Source of the DNA: Octopus vulgaris
Taxonomy: Eukaryota
Assembly: GCA_951406725.2 (NCBI GenBank)
Contig: OX597814.1
Location: 55,304,001 to 55,368,000 of the forward strand
Reading direction: 5' to 3'
DNA length: 64,000 bases
The notes beneath the pieces are model-generated. The model was not told where the DNA came from. It made no database searches and saw only the letters and a program-made list of their open reading frames with translations. The position numbers and the translations under genes were made by a program. Of the stretch, positions 62,800 to 64,000 are shown piece after piece. Numbering within the stretch: position 1 is the first letter of the stretch; every line of letters starts with the position of its first letter.

Positions 62800-63560
62800 G
62801 CAAAATACTGGTGAATTATTAAGCATACGTATAGGTAAATAAACGAATAAATAAATTAACCTATTTACTCACAGAAGTTCCAAACAACTAAACACGATTT
62901 TAAGTCGACAACTCCCGGTCCACAAATTTTCTAGGGAACTTAATTAATGATACACCGGTTAAATACATAGTCTGCTATTTTTATTTCTTTTCGCATCTAA
63001 CGTATTTTCCAGCCAGAGTTACTATGAACTGAAATCTCCATACTCGTTTTTAAAATCAACTTTTTTGTTAATTGGGTTAGCATTCAAATATGGACAAAAT
63101 AAGTGCAACGATTCGACGATATAATTCAAACTTCAACTTGTTGGCTGTTACACGTGGTCCTATATTTGTAACTTTATCAGTCTCATGCCATCTCCCAATG
63201 TGAAACCCAACTCGCTTCGATACCAACTAATAAAAGAAATATTTAAGCATTATTTCAATGCAGCAAATTTCTCGTCATATAATTAACTTGGCTGGCCAAT
63301 CGGCATTCAAATTTTGGAAGACTGCCCCAGTAAAACAAAAGAAATATTGGTGTCATCTGTTGATCACGTTGTCAACACCCTCTACTTGTTTGTATTGCCG
63401 CCAGAGGATTTGCACAACCATGTCAGTTCGATTATTCAGTTTAAAAACACACTCCATGGAACACGATTCTTCTAAAGAAATTGGATCAAATTACAGAAAA
63501 ACATATGAAGTGAGTAACGACACTGTATATATGTCGATGTGAATGTTATTGTTGTAAACA
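62800..63560. promoter_or_regulatory. CpG-retaining non-repeat region, possible promoter of a neighbouring transcript
   Basis: CpGs are visibly more frequent than in the flanks; a minus-strand donor CT|GTGAGT at 62872. No coding evidence. Confidence 0.25.
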
Positions 63561-64000
63561 GTAGAAATGAGAGGGGTTTGACTAGTTAATTATGTAATGT
63601 AGATCTATGACATATAATGAGGTTGTTGTCTGAACTCAGGTTGACCATAATTCAGCAGACATGATCAAAAACATTCCAGTGATGGCCACCCATCTTTTTT
63701 TCTTCAAGTATCATGCATCTGGTACTTTATCATTTATTATGGTTTTTGGGCCCTTATACAACCACAGCGCACGAATATTAGCACTAGGCACATCAACAAC
63801 TGACCAGTATGCCTATGGCTTAAAACAAACTGGTAGAGCTGTTGATTGGCCTCAGGCCAACCTTGATCGACTTTTGTTTATCTAATACGACATTGTCCAC
63901 TGTGTCGTTCACTTTTAAGACGGTGGGGCATAGTTTTAAAGATATTTGGTGCTATTTTAAGCAGGTTTAACGACTACATGGGGCCCCCTTGCAATGTTAG

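Overview
AT-rich, repeat-dense animal genomic DNA. The repeat landscape (tRNA-derived SINEs, RTE LINEs, (TA)n/(CAT)n microsatellites) looks like an octopus/coleoid cephalopod; this is an inference, not proven. Only one host coding exon is recognisable: the first coding exon of a MAP2K7 (MKK7/hemipterous)-like gene on the minus strand (29115-28983), inside a CpG-retaining promoter zone. Its 5' intron region runs off the start of the window, so no kinase-domain exon is visible. That region carries several small candidate cassette exons or microexons (27, 69, 22 and 42 nt) at the position where vertebrate MKK7 has a regulated exon in its JNK-docking region. The rest is transposon-derived: a complete decayed mariner, hAT, piggyBac and mariner MITEs, two GGATC-ended TIR elements with 8-bp TSDs, several RTE LINEs, a Gypsy remnant, a probable solo LTR, Penelope-like pieces and many SINEs. 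Most notable are a type I hammerhead ribozyme with an unusually long AT-rich helix II (56266-56373, minus strand), the MKK7 small-exon cluster, and several locally templated insertions. Most ORF-track entries are microsatellite or antisense-TE artefacts. All alignments and folds were done by eye.
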